Below are positions 1 through 11,004 of a stretch of 64,000 nt of DNA, in pieces. The translations under genes were made by a program, and so were the position numbers. The DNA is from Candidatus Latescibacterota bacterium (GTDB lineage Bacteria > Latescibacterota > CBDEFO01). Numbering within the stretch: the stretch's first letter is position 1; every line of letters begins with the position of its first letter. The notes under the pieces were generated by a model. That model did not search any database. It was given only the letters and a program-made list of their open reading frames with translations, and was not told where the DNA came from. The DNA is taken from contig CBDEFO010000008.1 of assembly GCA_965237525.1 (NCBI GenBank), positions 1,536,001 to 1,600,000 on the forward strand. Reading direction: 5' to 3'.

Positions 1-402
1 AGCCCAATAGATAGGGATATCCTAAAGAAGGATGGGTCTGTCGGAACTTTACAATCAGCTTTCTGATCTCCTCCAGTAACAAACAGTGAGGGTTTATGGG
101 TGCTTTCGTATGATTTTCTAGACTCTTCAAGGATCGGTCTTCAAGATAACGTTTCAGCCATTTTCTTATACTCTTGCGTGTTGTATTAAAAGCCCTTGCA
201 GCATACGAGACACCGTATTGTTGAGCAGCCTGAACCATCTTGATACGCAGATCAACAGGATTAGGATTAAGAGCAAGAACATCGCTATAAGTAATTGCAT
301 TCTCCATGTGTATCTACCCTCCTTTTTTCGATCCTAACCTAAATATAGGCAAAATTATCCCATGAGGGTGGATACCATGTGTCTTTACTCTTCTAGATGA
401 CA
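1..402 (-). mobile_element. IS481-like insertion sequence, left end plus N-terminal part of transposase (ORF starts at 307 and runs off the window)
   Basis: Manual translation from ATG 307 (RBS GGAGGG): MENAITYSDVL...YGVSYAARAFNTTRKSIRKWLKRY...LENHTKAP...EEIRKLIVKFRQTHPSLG, an HTH region typical of IS481-type transposases. Candidate terminus 5'-TGTCATCTAGAAGAG ends at 402 (IS481 ends start with TGT). Confidence 0.6.
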
Positions 403-412
403 AACTTTATAT

Positions 413-441
413 TTGACAAGTGTAAATAAATCATATATATT
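413..441 (+). promoter_or_regulatory. sigma70-type promoter
   Basis: TTGACA-N17-TATATT upstream of ORF 477. Confidence 0.65.
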
Positions 442-476
442 AGGATAATTTCTAATTTACAGATTGGAGTCCTAAA

Positions 477-1016
477 ATGAATCGGTCCGATGATATAGCC
501 GGACATATAGAGTCTCGCATAGAGGACGAAAAACGCAGAAGAACGTACCATTCTTCCCCTGAGAGCTACTTTGCCAATAGCTTTGTGCTATTCATCATCG
601 CTGCCTGCTGCGTGGTGCTTGTTCAGTATCAGCTTAAAGCCCCTATCATAGGGGGAATATTCGCAGCCGTTTTCCTGGCCTTTATAATAGGTTTTCTGAA
701 CAGGGAAAACGTGGGAAAATACGTCTTTCTGGAGTTTTTGGGAATGTGCGGCATCGGCTGTATAATCTTGATCAAATTTGGGTTGATTTACGAACCGGAG
801 GAGTTCACAATCCGCGAAATTCCGGTAGACTGGATGGATCAAGTCAGAGGCGCCGCCGGGCTCCTGGCCCTTCTGGGGATAAAGCTTATATTCAACGGCA
901 TAGGCGAAAAAAAAGAACAGAACAGGATCAAGCAGGAACAGCTTATGATGAGGAGAAGAGAAAGAGAGGTCTGGAACCCGGAAAAAGAACGCCGCAAGTC
1001 AGAGAAGAGATCATAA
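477..1016 (+). CDS. hypothetical membrane protein (about 4 TM segments)
   Basis: 179-aa ORF with GGAG RBS and four hydrophobic stretches; charged C-terminus. Confidence 0.7.
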   Translation: MNRSDDIAGHIESRIEDEKRRRTYHSSPESYFANSFVLFIIAACCVVLVQYQLKAPIIGGIFAAVFLAFIIGFLNRENVGKYVFLEFLGMCGIGCIILIKFGLIYEPEEFTIREIPVDWMDQVRGAAGLLALLGIKLIFNGIGEKKEQNRIKQEQLMMRRREREVWNPEKERRKSEKRS

Positions 1017-1031
1017 ATTGACAGAAGAACA

Positions 1032-1678
1032 ATGGATAGGAGAATATCTGATCTTCCCCTTACTGGGGACATGCAAGATGGACGTTCAGACGTAGATAGA
1101 AGATCGGAAATAGAGAGACGCAAGATGAGCCGCACAGGTGAATCTTCATCTTTGGAGGAAAAAGAAAAGGAGAGACTGAAAAGGCTCGGGGTCGGTCCAA
1201 CTCAAGCTCTTCTAAAGAAGGACGTCATAGATAAAGAGATCCTAAAAAAGCCGTCTTAATGCAGGTGCGCGATGGACAGAATCGCAGAATAGGTACTATA
1301 CTCGTAGAGGAGATGGGGGTTGACCATCACGCGGTGTTCGGAGAGCTTGCAAGGGTGGGAAATGTGGAGGAAATGGAGCTTCAAAACGAGAAGATCGACA
1401 AGGACAGACTGGAATTTATAAAGAGAATTATGAAGATCGGCGACGACGAGTTAAAACTAAAGTCTACCCAGAAGAAGGTCATCCCCTTTAAGGCCTCAGA
1501 TTCCCATCAAGATACACTTGTTGTGCTCTCTCCCGATCCGACCAGCAGAGAAGTCATAGAGATAGCTAAAAGATTAGTGCCCGGTCACTATCAGCTTATG
1601 TATGCCCGTTCAGACAGTCTGAACGGCTTGATACAGAAGCTTTTTACGAATCAGGAGATTGGACCGTCCGACGCCTGA
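1032..1678 (+). pseudogene. MshEN/GspE-N-like domain protein split by a -1 frame change (ORFs 1032-1259 and 1259-1678)
   Basis: Joining the frames at A6G (1244-1250) gives QALLKKDVIDKEILKKAVLMQ...RRIGTILVEEMG, resembling the tandem MshEN motif, followed by a T2SSE_N-like segment (VIPF...LVVLSPDP). Confidence 0.55.
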
Positions 1679-1746
1679 TCATAAAGAGAGAGTACTCAGC
1701 GGACAGGGGCACCTCACCCTCGCGTATGCGGTCTTGTACTTGAGAC

Positions 1747-2166
1747 TTAAATGCGTCCCTCATCGGCGTCCAGAAGATCGAACCAGGTCTCAATATCGGT
1801 CCGCCCTGGAGCGAGTTCCGCAACACGTTTGTTGAAATATTCCTGCTTTTCTGGGGTATCCGGCCTTCTGTCCTGAAACCTTTTGTTGAAAGCCTCAATC
1901 TCTTCCGAGGAGTGCTTATTTTCAGCGTTCTCTTCGACCCACGAGAGCATCTCCTCGTCTGTTTTTCTCTCCTTTACAGCTTCGGCAAACTCCTCGTGGT
2001 CAATTCCCATAAATTCGAATAATATCATGTCTAAAGGACAGTTGTACTTATACTCTCCTAACTTCCCCGCATGGTGCGCCCGGCATTTGTCGAGCGTACG
2101 GACTAAAAATATGTAAGGTCCCAACTTCTCATAAGAGCTCTTGGGATATTCTTTAGTTAAATCCAT
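1747..2166 (-). CDS. DUF5069-family protein, copy 1
   Basis: MDLTKEYPKS..EKLG.YIFL.R.LDKCRA..G.LGEYKYNCPLD...WFDLLDADEGR signature. Confidence 0.8.
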   Translation of the reverse strand: MDLTKEYPKSSYEKLGPYIFLVRTLDKCRAHHAGKLGEYKYNCPLDMILFEFMGIDHEEFAEAVKERKTDEEMLSWVEENAENKHSSEEIEAFNKRFQDRRPDTPEKQEYFNKRVAELAPGRTDIETWFDLLDADEGRI

Positions 2167-2223
2167 CTAATTTGCCCCCGGACTGAATGAATGTTGAAAG
2201 TTTGACTTTATCCTTCAATCAAG

Positions 2224-2252
2224 AATATAAGATAAATCACCCCTGATTGCAA
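2224..2252 (-). promoter_or_regulatory. sigma70-type promoter of DUF5069 copy 1
   Basis: Minus strand TTGCAA-N17-TATATT. Confidence 0.55.
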
Positions 2253-2258
2253 CTTTCA

Positions 2259-2400
2259 TGGATCGGTGCGTCGCCAATTCCCGATTGAAGCGCTCCAAAC
2301 CGTTGGTGGTACGAATACCTTGCGATACACCGCGGGGAAGCAAAAACGGGATCCGCGTCACCAGCCAGCAGCTTGAGACGCTCAGCGATCTTCGCTTCGA
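2259..2400 (-). mobile_element. IS256-family transposase remnant
   Basis: Minus strand encodes ...IRTTNGLERFNREL..., the conserved IS256 C-terminal motif; degenerate, no intact ORF. Confidence 0.6.
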
Positions 2401-2528
2401 CTAAATAATTAAGTTAATGCTAAATGTTGTAATACATGTGGTAGCAGGGAGTTTAGTCCTATTGATTGATCAGGACGGTTATGAGTCGCTACTATGAAAG
2501 AAAAAACTTCACGACCCTAACGAATCTG

Positions 2529-2906
2529 TCAGCTTCGGTCTCCTATCACAAAACGGATAACGTCCACATAGTCAATGACCAGGGAAGCCGTGTTGGTGAT
2601 GAGCAGCACTATGACCCACCTGCCGAACAAGGTGTTATAGTCCAGCTCTTTACGGCGCCGGAACAGATAGATGACTAGGGGAGTCCACCAAATAATATGG
2701 GCAATTCCGAGCAGTCGGTTGAAGCCGTGCATCTCGGCCAGGAGGTTCATGCTGATGAAGCTAGCAACGAAGGCAGCCAGAGTCCACCGGGCTTCCCTGT
2801 GGCGCAGAAAAAGAAAAGGCATCAGGTTTATCACCATCATCCAGCCCATCCAGATTTTTACCCACAACGCCTGTCCCATTAAACCCTGCATCATCGTAGA
2901 CTCCAT
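2529..2906 (-). CDS. hypothetical membrane protein (about 4 TM)
   Basis: 125-aa hydrophobic ORF with RLLGIAHIIWWTPL motif. Confidence 0.7.
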   Translation of the reverse strand: MESTMMQGLMGQALWVKIWMGWMMVINLMPFLFLRHREARWTLAAFVASFISMNLLAEMHGFNRLLGIAHIIWWTPLVIYLFRRRKELDYNTLFGRWVIVLLITNTASLVIDYVDVIRFVIGDRS

Positions 2907-3227
2907 TATCTGATGCCTTTCTACCTTTAGCGGTCGTCATCAATAAGATATTATTATTAGCAGATATGTAAAGGCCCTGTGAAATAGTTACCATGTAAAA
3001 ATTACCCGAAAATGCCAAATACAGGTTAAGCCAGGAACATATGGTATTACTTCGAGCTTTTTTGGAACGATCTTCAAAGAATTGGTAATCACAAAAGATA
3101 AGTTATCTAAGGCCCAGCGTTTAGCAGACTAAAAAGAGATCATGAGAGCAGCAATCGCCAAGAGTTAGACTCTCAACGAACCTGAAGCGCCGGCGTTTAA
3201 CACCGTCTCAGAAGGCGGTTATTTCGC

Positions 3228-3689
3228 TCAAGATGCTACCGAAGATCGAAAAGGGCAATCTGACCGTACCATATTGCGTCCCTCATCGGCATCTATAAGA
3301 TCGAACCAGGTCTTAATATCAGTCCGCCCCGGAGCTGCATCCATAAGCAGTTCGTTGAAATATTCCTGTTTTTCTGGGGTGTCGGGCTTTCTGTCCTGAA
3401 ACTTTTTGTTGAAAGCCTCAATCTCTTCCGAGGAGTGCTTATTTTCAGCGTTCTCATCGACCCACGAGAGCATCTCCTCGTCTGTTTTTCTCTCCTTTGC
3501 AGCTTCGGCAAACTCCTCGTGGTCAATTCCCAAAAACTTGAACACTATGACATCGTTAGAACAATTGTATGTATACTCTCCCAGCGTCTCCGCATTGTAC
3601 GCCCGGCTTTTGTCCAGGGTGCGGGCCAAAAATATGTAAGATCCCAACTTCTCGTAAGGACTCCTGGGATACTGTTTAGTTAAGTCCAT
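3228..3689 (-). CDS. DUF5069-family protein, copy 2
   Basis: Close paralog of 1747-2166 with long identical DNA stretches; AGGAGG RBS; extended C-terminus. Confidence 0.8.
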   Translation of the reverse strand: MDLTKQYPRSPYEKLGSYIFLARTLDKSRAYNAETLGEYTYNCSNDVIVFKFLGIDHEEFAEAAKERKTDEEMLSWVDENAENKHSSEEIEAFNKKFQDRKPDTPEKQEYFNELLMDAAPGRTDIKTWFDLIDADEGRNMVRSDCPFRSSVAS

Positions 3690-3788
3690 CTGATGTGCCT
3701 CCTGTAGTGAATGTTGAAAGTTTGAATTTAACCTTCGATCTTATTAATATGGAATGCATTGCCTCGATACATCCTAACTGCTATGGAG

Positions 3789-3804
3789 TGCAAGTTTTAT
3801 GCCA
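3789..3804 (-). promoter_or_regulatory. sigma54 (-24/-12) promoter candidate for DUF5069 copy 2
   Basis: Minus strand TGGCAT-AAAAC-TTGCA matches TGGCAC-N5-TTGCW. Confidence 0.6.
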
Positions 3805-4633
3805 AAGGGCGTGAAGATTTCTTCGGCCAGCTTGTGAAGTAGAAAAAAAGGGACTATTTCGTATTGATCAGTGCTTATACTTGTGTAATCGTGATGCTCG
3901 TGGAAGTAAGTAATAATGTTACATCCTGCATCACCATTTTAAAATGCAGGCTGGGGGACATTTCAATGTGAAATAGGAAGATGAGCGCAACTTTAAATGG
4001 AAAGGGGAAAGGCGTTGGATACCATCGCTGGGACGGTGGGGATCAACGAATCTTCTTGGCCTTAAGCTACCACATATCCACCCTTTTCTTACTCATAAGC
4101 ACAGGCCTCTATTCTATCACGGTGAAGATAAACTCACAAGAGAGCTTGAAAGCTTAAAAGACGCTGGCGTAGAAGTAGCTGTGTTCTACAACTTCGTCTT
4201 TTACGCCTTGCAACCTTTGAGGACGATAGATAAGTGTAGGGATCTTGGTCGTAACTCGTAACGCCAGCAAAATCACAGCTCCAATATGAAACTCAAGCGC
4301 CGATAAATCGTCTTAGATAGGAGAAAGAGTAAGTTGGGGGGAATAGGGAGGGGGGAAGAAAGGGAAGACCCATGGACTTTCTAGGATGGATGAACAGCGA
4401 TCTATTTGTTGTATCCTTCTTTGCGGTTGTGATGATCCTGATTTCAGCCGTGGAGTGGAAGATGAAATTAAAGAGCAGACAGAGCAGAAAGTGTAAATGG
4501 GGGGAAGCTACAGGCTGTATCGTGAGAGCTCAGGACGAATTTGATTATGTGCTCCCTGTATGGCGTTCATTCCTCCTTTACTTAGCACCGATTACAAGCT
4601 TAGACCCCCCATTTGTTTATAAGCCTGCCACGC

Positions 4634-5647
4634 TCAGAATGCGTAGGTAAACTCCAGAGCTATAGTGCTGTTATTATCTGTTTTCCCATCTTCTTCGACG
4701 AATACCTCCTCGTCCGATTTGTCGAAACGGTATTCCAGGAGGATTCCGGCTCCATCAGCAACAGTAAAGGTCGGAGCTACTGTGATGGAGATCCTCTGCT
4801 GGCTCCCCTCTCCAAAGCGAAGTCCGTCGTCATCGTCCAGAAGATCGAACCTGCCCGTTATGCCAGCCCAATCGCTGCAGTCGTAGTGAGCCATCACCAT
4901 TACGCCTGTCCAGTTTCCGCTTTCGTCTCCTATTTCCTCGCTTCCGATATTGAACTCACCACCCAACGTTAAGTTCTCCACGGTAGTAATGGTAATGTCC
5001 AGATCGAACACGGAGCGCAGGTCGTCACCGTTGTCGTTCTTCTCAGCTCCGATGATCCCCGAAAGTCCGAAGTTTACGCCCTCTTTAGGCGTTATGCCCA
5101 GGCGTCCGCCGAAGGTTTTGTCCTTGTTGTTGTCGTTGTTGACGTCCCAACCGTTTACGACATATAACGACAGATCCAGCTTGTCAGAGATGGTTGGAGA
5201 GATCATCAGGCCTGTGACGTTTGTCGGAATGGCATAGTTGAAGAGCAGTGAATGTGAGAACTGATACATATCTACAGCGTCGAGCAATTCAAAGCCCATA
5301 GGGATGTTCAATTTGCCGAACGTAAAGTCCACTCCCTTGCTCCAATCGGCGTAGACCACAAGATAGCCCTGCTCCAGATCGGCAGAAAAACCACCCTCTC
5401 CGTCGTTAGTATAGTCTATATCTGCCCTGAGGCTGGCTCTGTCCTGAAACGATTTTGTCACATCTACCTCGGCCTGATCCAGACCGAAGAAGCTGTTTCC
5501 GTCATTGCTATCTAAAAAATAGCTTGCATCTACGAATCCGCTGATTTGAAAACCTTGATCCTCCCCTGCTTCGGACCTTGAACAGAGGACGATTACAGAT
5601 AGCGATATTGCAAATATCTGTGCTGTCTTCCAGAAATTGTATGACAT
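4634..5647 (-). CDS. outer-membrane beta-barrel putative porin
   Basis: Signal peptide, ISGFVDASY N-strand, GFE..DA..YQFSHSLLF and VNGWD...DNN..KTFGG motifs, C-terminal aromatic residue (EFTYAF). Confidence 0.8.
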   Translation of the reverse strand: MSYNFWKTAQIFAISLSVIVLCSRSEAGEDQGFQISGFVDASYFLDSNDGNSFFGLDQAEVDVTKSFQDRASLRADIDYTNDGEGGFSADLEQGYLVVYADWSKGVDFTFGKLNIPMGFELLDAVDMYQFSHSLLFNYAIPTNVTGLMISPTISDKLDLSLYVVNGWDVNNDNNKDKTFGGRLGITPKEGVNFGLSGIIGAEKNDNGDDLRSVFDLDITITTVENLTLGGEFNIGSEEIGDESGNWTGVMVMAHYDCSDWAGITGRFDLLDDDDGLRFGEGSQQRISITVAPTFTVADGAGILLEYRFDKSDEEVFVEEDGKTDNNSTIALEFTYAF

Positions 5648-5738
5648 TAGAGATCCCTCCGATTGCTATTGGAGTAGAAGGGCAGACACAAAGAGCCTAC
5701 CCTAATTTCTGACTCCGTCGTTTTGTCCGTTTGAAATT

Positions 5739-7172
5739 CTATCTCACCGCAGGATAGCATTCGATGCCGTGCTCGTGGACATCTAATCCCTGTATCTCCT
5801 CTTCCGGAGAGACTCTGATCCCCATGGTGTGTTTGAGTATGAGAAAGAGAGCAAATCCCGTAATCAGTGCCCAGGCGGTTACGGTGATGCAGGTTATGAT
5901 CTGAGCCATAAGTTGTCCCCACTCGCCCATTATGACTCCCTTGACGCCGCCGTAGGTTCCATCGGCGAATATCCCCACAGCTAATATTCCCCAGAGTCCG
6001 TTCGTGCCGTGGACTGAGATGGCTCCCACAGGGTCATCTACTTTCAGCTTGTACTCCACAAAACGGACGCTTGCCATCATCAAGAGTCCGGCTATAGCCC
6101 CTATAACTACGGCTGCCCAGGGAGCTACCCAGGCGCAGGGTGCTGTGATAGCCACAAGTCCGGCTAAGGTCCCGTTGCATGCTAAGAGGATATCTGCCTT
6201 TCTGGTTCTGATGTACGTGAAATATATGACCACTGTCGCCCCTACTGATCCGGCCAGGAACGTATTAACGGCGATGACGGATATTCTAAGATCGGTAGCT
6301 GCTAAAGTGCTCCCCGCGTTAAAGCCGAACCATCCGAAAAAGAGTATGAACGTCCCTGCGATCACATATAGCATATTATGCCCCGGTATGGCATTCGGGG
6401 TGCCGTCTTCGTTATATTTGCCAATCCGGGGACCCACGGTGACTGCTCCGGCTAACGCTACCAATCCTCCCACAGCATGAACGACAGAGGAACCTGCAAA
6501 GTCCAGTGCTCCCGTTCCTTCTGGTAGAAATGTTAAGAAGGAGGAAAGATCTGAGAGCCATCCGCCTCCCCACACCCAGTGGCCGTAGATCGGATAGATT
6601 ACGGCGCATATCACGAAGCTGTAAATGAGATAAGCCTGAAACTTTAACCTTTCAGCTACCGCTCCTGCGACTATGGTAGCGGCCGTGGCAGCGAAGACCA
6701 TCTGGAATAGCCACACCATAGCGGTGGTAACATCGTAGGCCTTTCCGTAGAGGAAGAATCCGCTGGTGCCGAAAAATGTGTTGCCGTGCCCCAACCCGGA
6801 GGCGATCTCCGACCCGCCGAACATCAGGGCGAAACCGATAGCCCAATACGATATAGCCCCCGCGGAGAAATCCATGTAGCTTTTGGTCAGGTAATTCAGC
6901 GTGCTTTTTGCACGGATTAATCCCGCCCCTAAAAAGGCAAAGCCGGCCTGCATGAAGAACACCAAAAATGCAGCTACAAGCGTCCACGTGAAGTTGATCG
7001 AGGTTTTCAACCCCTCGATGTTGTCCTTAAAGGTCGCCTCACCGCTCGGATCTGCCCCTCTTGCTGCAATGGGAATCAGAAGGAGCATTACGGCCAGACA
7101 ACCAAGCATATATGTCCATTTCAACGTCTTTGGATTCATAGATACACTCTCCTTTCTTAAGAATCGGTCCAA
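5739..7172 (-). CDS. amtB: ammonium transporter
   Basis: FFMQAGFA, FQMVFAATAATIVAGAVAER, DFAGSSVVH, FGWFGFNAGS, DDPVGAISVHG motifs. Confidence 0.97.
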   Translation of the reverse strand: MDRFLRKESVSMNPKTLKWTYMLGCLAVMLLLIPIAARGADPSGEATFKDNIEGLKTSINFTWTLVAAFLVFFMQAGFAFLGAGLIRAKSTLNYLTKSYMDFSAGAISYWAIGFALMFGGSEIASGLGHGNTFFGTSGFFLYGKAYDVTTAMVWLFQMVFAATAATIVAGAVAERLKFQAYLIYSFVICAVIYPIYGHWVWGGGWLSDLSSFLTFLPEGTGALDFAGSSVVHAVGGLVALAGAVTVGPRIGKYNEDGTPNAIPGHNMLYVIAGTFILFFGWFGFNAGSTLAATDLRISVIAVNTFLAGSVGATVVIYFTYIRTRKADILLACNGTLAGLVAITAPCAWVAPWAAVVIGAIAGLLMMASVRFVEYKLKVDDPVGAISVHGTNGLWGILAVGIFADGTYGGVKGVIMGEWGQLMAQIITCITVTAWALITGFALFLILKHTMGIRVSPEEEIQGLDVHEHGIECYPAVR

Positions 7173-7185
7173 CCCGATCTATCTT

Positions 7186-7625
<440 letters not shown>

Positions 7626-8155
7626 GGAAAATTTTGAAAACTTTAGGCAATGTAGTGGAAAAACTGCACTCGCCATACTAACTATTAGTAGCTCTGAAGC
7701 CATATCGGGCACAAAAAAATCCTCTCTGCTGCTGGCGAGGAAAATTTCTGCTATTCAAGATTGGTCAGGCAGGTTGTGAAAGTGTAGATTGACCGGTTTT
7801 CACCCTTTGATGCAAAGGAATCGGCTATGAAAGATAAACAAATGATTTAGAGGCATACTGCCAAATGGGGGTTTCTCTTTTAGAAGGTTGTGCGCTGTCA
7901 GACCTACGCACAGCCCGACAGTCATACCCGAAAAAACAGTACGTCAGAAATATCAGGCTTTCTTTTTATATAGTATTCATAGAATTGTTTATGAATACTA
8001 TATCATTTTAGTATATATATGTTATGATTAAAAAATGGTTGACAAAAAGTTGCAATAATCGTATATCAACACCCGACCAGTTTGGGGTTCAGATACCACT
8101 CCCCTTAACAAAGCGAAAGATATTTTGAAAATAGGAGTTTGAGGCTTGTCCCCGA

Positions 8156-8400
8156 GTGATGCTATCGGGGAAAGAAATCAAACTGTCAAGCCCCGAAGTG
8201 AAAGGTGGTACGTGTTGGACGTCGAGTCGTAAGGCAGACGTTGTACTGGCTCTTTTGAAGAGGAAGGGATGTATCGGAAATATTGGGGAACGTGATATTA
8301 GCCAGTCGCAGGCGTATGTGTGGCGTGATAGTCTCTTATGAGGGGGGCGAGGAGAGTTTGAAGTCTCCGTGTGGTCGCAAGTATCTGAGTGAGCGCGTGA
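8156..8400 (+). mobile_element. degenerate transposase HTH fragment (IS3 OrfA-like)
   Basis: WTSSRKADVVLALLK...ISQSQAYVWRDSLL*GG pattern; premature stop; no catalytic ORF follows. Confidence 0.5.
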
Positions 8401-8978
8401 TTAGTCTCCGATAGAATCCATCGGGAATTGGCTACATAATTTTGAGTTCTTTGAACAGGTTGAATAGATTATATCCAGATGGCTTGATGACACTAACAGG
8501 AAGCGTCTCCATTCATCCCGGGGATATAGGACCACAGCAGAGTGGAGAAAACAATTCTATCTGCTACCCCAGCTTGCTTAATTGAAGTCGCTTTCCAGGG
8601 GAGCACTACATCAGATCTAACGGTGAGATAGTTGTGACAGGAATGGTTAATAAGATCACTGGAGATTTATGTAGATCATACGAAAGGGCTATGCGTGGAA
8701 GTCTTGTTGTGGATATAGAAGTGAGGTTAGATTTGAAGAGTGGGGGAGGGCAGGGGTTAGATTGGGGAGTACGCAGGAAGTACATATTCTGCGATGGTCC
8801 CCTTTCGTCAATTAAATATAAAAGAAAAACTCAATAACATCAAATACTTTTTTACTATCACCTCAAATTATATCCCCCTAATTGACGATTACTCCGCATA
8901 AATGAAGAAAGTTGTTGTAGTGATACGATGATTGCATTTGTGTTCAGGCAGGTTCCGGATCAAGTTGTTAAAAAATAT

Positions 8979-9006
8979 TTGACAGGAAAAACATATTATG
9001 TATATT
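8979..9006 (+). promoter_or_regulatory. sigma70-type promoter of the signalling island
   Basis: TTGACA-N16-TATATT followed by AT-rich ACATAA repeats. Confidence 0.5.
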
Positions 9007-9150
9007 ATATTATAAATAACATAATATACATAAAAGACATAATAGTTATATAAGTAAGGGAATATGGATAGGGGAACGTGGAGAACATAGCTGGAGGCTG
9101 TAGAGTTGATCCAGAGCCCATGGGATGGAAACGGATCGGAGGAGCAAGTG

Positions 9151-10380
9151 ATGGCCGATGAGAGTAAGACTCTGCTCTTCGTGGACGATGAGCAGAGCAT
9201 ACTAACCTCGCTTCGGCGCCTGCTGCGCAAGGAGGACTGGAATTTGCTCTTTGCGGACAGCGGCGCCAATGGGCTGGAGATTCTGAAGGAGCATCAGGTG
9301 GACCTGGTGGTCTCGGACCTGCGGATGCCGGGTATGGACGGGATGGTGTTCCTGAAGCAGGTGAAAGACCTCTATCCCCATATTGTGCGGATTATCCTTA
9401 GTGGATATGCGGATCAGGAGATGGTGACGCAGGCGCTGTCCGAGGAATACGCGCATCAGATACTTCCCAAACCGTGGGAGGAGGAAGATGTGAAAGAGGT
9501 CATTCGGAACGCCCTCAACCAATCCGAGAAGCAGAAGCGCCAGCGGCTCCAGCAGATCATTAACTCTCTCCCATCTCTGCCCACGCTGCCGCAGATCTAT
9601 CTGAAAATCAGTGAGATTTTAGAGGATTCGTCCAACAGGTCCACGGACCGGATCGTGGAGGTGATCCAGCGCGACCCGTCGATCTCGGCCAGGCTCCTGC
9701 ACTGTGCCAACTCCGCCTTCTTCGGTCAGATGTATCAGGTAGATACCGTGAAGAAGGCCGTGGTGGTTCTGGGGATGCAGATAGTCGAAGCTCTGGTGCT
9801 TTCGATGTCGGTATTTGACTCGCTTTCATCCGGGACACCAGAGGTCCCGCGCTTCAACCGCAAGGCGTTCTGGATGCATTCGATTGGCTGCGGCATTGTT
9901 GCAAAGCTAACCGTTGAAGAAGCATCTATGGATCAAAATATAGCTAACAGGGCATTTACTGCGGGGCTGCTGCACGATCTGGGGAAGCTGGTGGAGGACC
10001 AATACCTCCACGACCAATTTGAGAAGGCTATTGGCATCGCCCATCAGAAAAAGGTGTTGCTGCAGCAAGCGGAGCAGGAGGTGATGGGAACCACACACAC
10101 GGAGATCGGCGCCTATCTAGGGAAGTGGTGGAGCCTTCCGTCTTTCTTAGTGAACGCCATCCGGTGGCACCATACAGCGCACTTGTGCGATGAAGATCAT
10201 GAAGTCGTTGCTGCGGTGCACGTGGCCGATGTGCTGGTGCACCAGTTGGAGATCGGGGCAAGTGGGAATTTCTGTTCTCCCAGTGCAAATGCCGAAAGCT
10301 GGTCTCGATTTGGTCTTTCCGAAGATTGGCTGTCATCCACCCAAGCTATAGTCGAACGTAGCATCGAGAGAATACGTTGA
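9151..10380 (+). CDS. response regulator with HDOD output domain
   Basis: Receiver (LFVDDE, DLRMPGMDG, LSGY, KPW) plus HDOD (LPTLP, DPSISARLL..ANSAFFG, AGLLHDLGK); ATG 9151 after GGAGGA. Confidence 0.9.
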   Translation: MADESKTLLFVDDEQSILTSLRRLLRKEDWNLLFADSGANGLEILKEHQVDLVVSDLRMPGMDGMVFLKQVKDLYPHIVRIILSGYADQEMVTQALSEEYAHQILPKPWEEEDVKEVIRNALNQSEKQKRQRLQQIINSLPSLPTLPQIYLKISEILEDSSNRSTDRIVEVIQRDPSISARLLHCANSAFFGQMYQVDTVKKAVVVLGMQIVEALVLSMSVFDSLSSGTPEVPRFNRKAFWMHSIGCGIVAKLTVEEASMDQNIANRAFTAGLLHDLGKLVEDQYLHDQFEKAIGIAHQKKVLLQQAEQEVMGTTHTEIGAYLGKWWSLPSFLVNAIRWHHTAHLCDEDHEVVAAVHVADVLVHQLEIGASGNFCSPSANAESWSRFGLSEDWLSSTQAIVERSIERIR

Positions 10381-10398
10381 ACCCTATGTATTTTCTAA

Positions 10399-10835
10399 AT
10401 GCTTATAAGGAGATCAGGTGGTACGGTTATCCGCTGGATCGAGGGCGAGGATGATCCTTCTATGGCAAACGCGATTCAGCGTGTACTACGAAAGCTAGAT
10501 TTGAAACGATTATCGCATCGGATGGGTTCTTTATGGGCGCTCTGCTGGGGACTTTTTCACCTGCTGTCACAACACTTGATCTCAAAATGCCCGGCCCGAG
10601 TTGACTCGAAGTCGTCAAATTCGTCCGAAAAAATGAGGCCTTGAAAAACGTCAAGATTCTGGTTGTCTCAGGGATGCCGCGGGAGGAACTGAAAGAAGCC
10701 CTTGCCGCGGGAGCCGACGACATCCTAGAAAAGCCGTTCAAGGACGAGGATCTGCTGGAGAAGGTGTCGAGGTTAGCCGGTGTCAAGGGACTGGACAAGA
10801 GTGCAGATTGGAGGGAAAGCTATGCGACCCAATAA
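10399..10835 (+). pseudogene. single-domain response regulator, degraded
   Basis: EDDPSMANAIQRVL in one frame, then DG..MGALLGTFSPAVTTLDLKMPGPS*LEVVKF...KILVVSG...GADDILEKPF in another; frameshift plus TGA at 10602. Confidence 0.75.
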
Positions 10836-11004
10836 CACAGACGTACAGAAGAGACTCTTGTGTGTGGACGACGAGAAAGGGGTGGTTGTGGCCCTATGCC
10901 GCCTGCTTCACCTCCTGTTGTATCGCGTCCTCACTGCCAGGGATGGAGAGGAAGAGCTCCTCGTAGCCCCTACGGAGCGCCCCGACCGTAAGCGGGGTTT
11001 GGCC

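Noticed and set aside
4372..4650. 92-aa plus-strand ORF
   Set aside because: Overlaps the porin 3' end, no recognisable motif; possibly a small membrane peptide but unsupported
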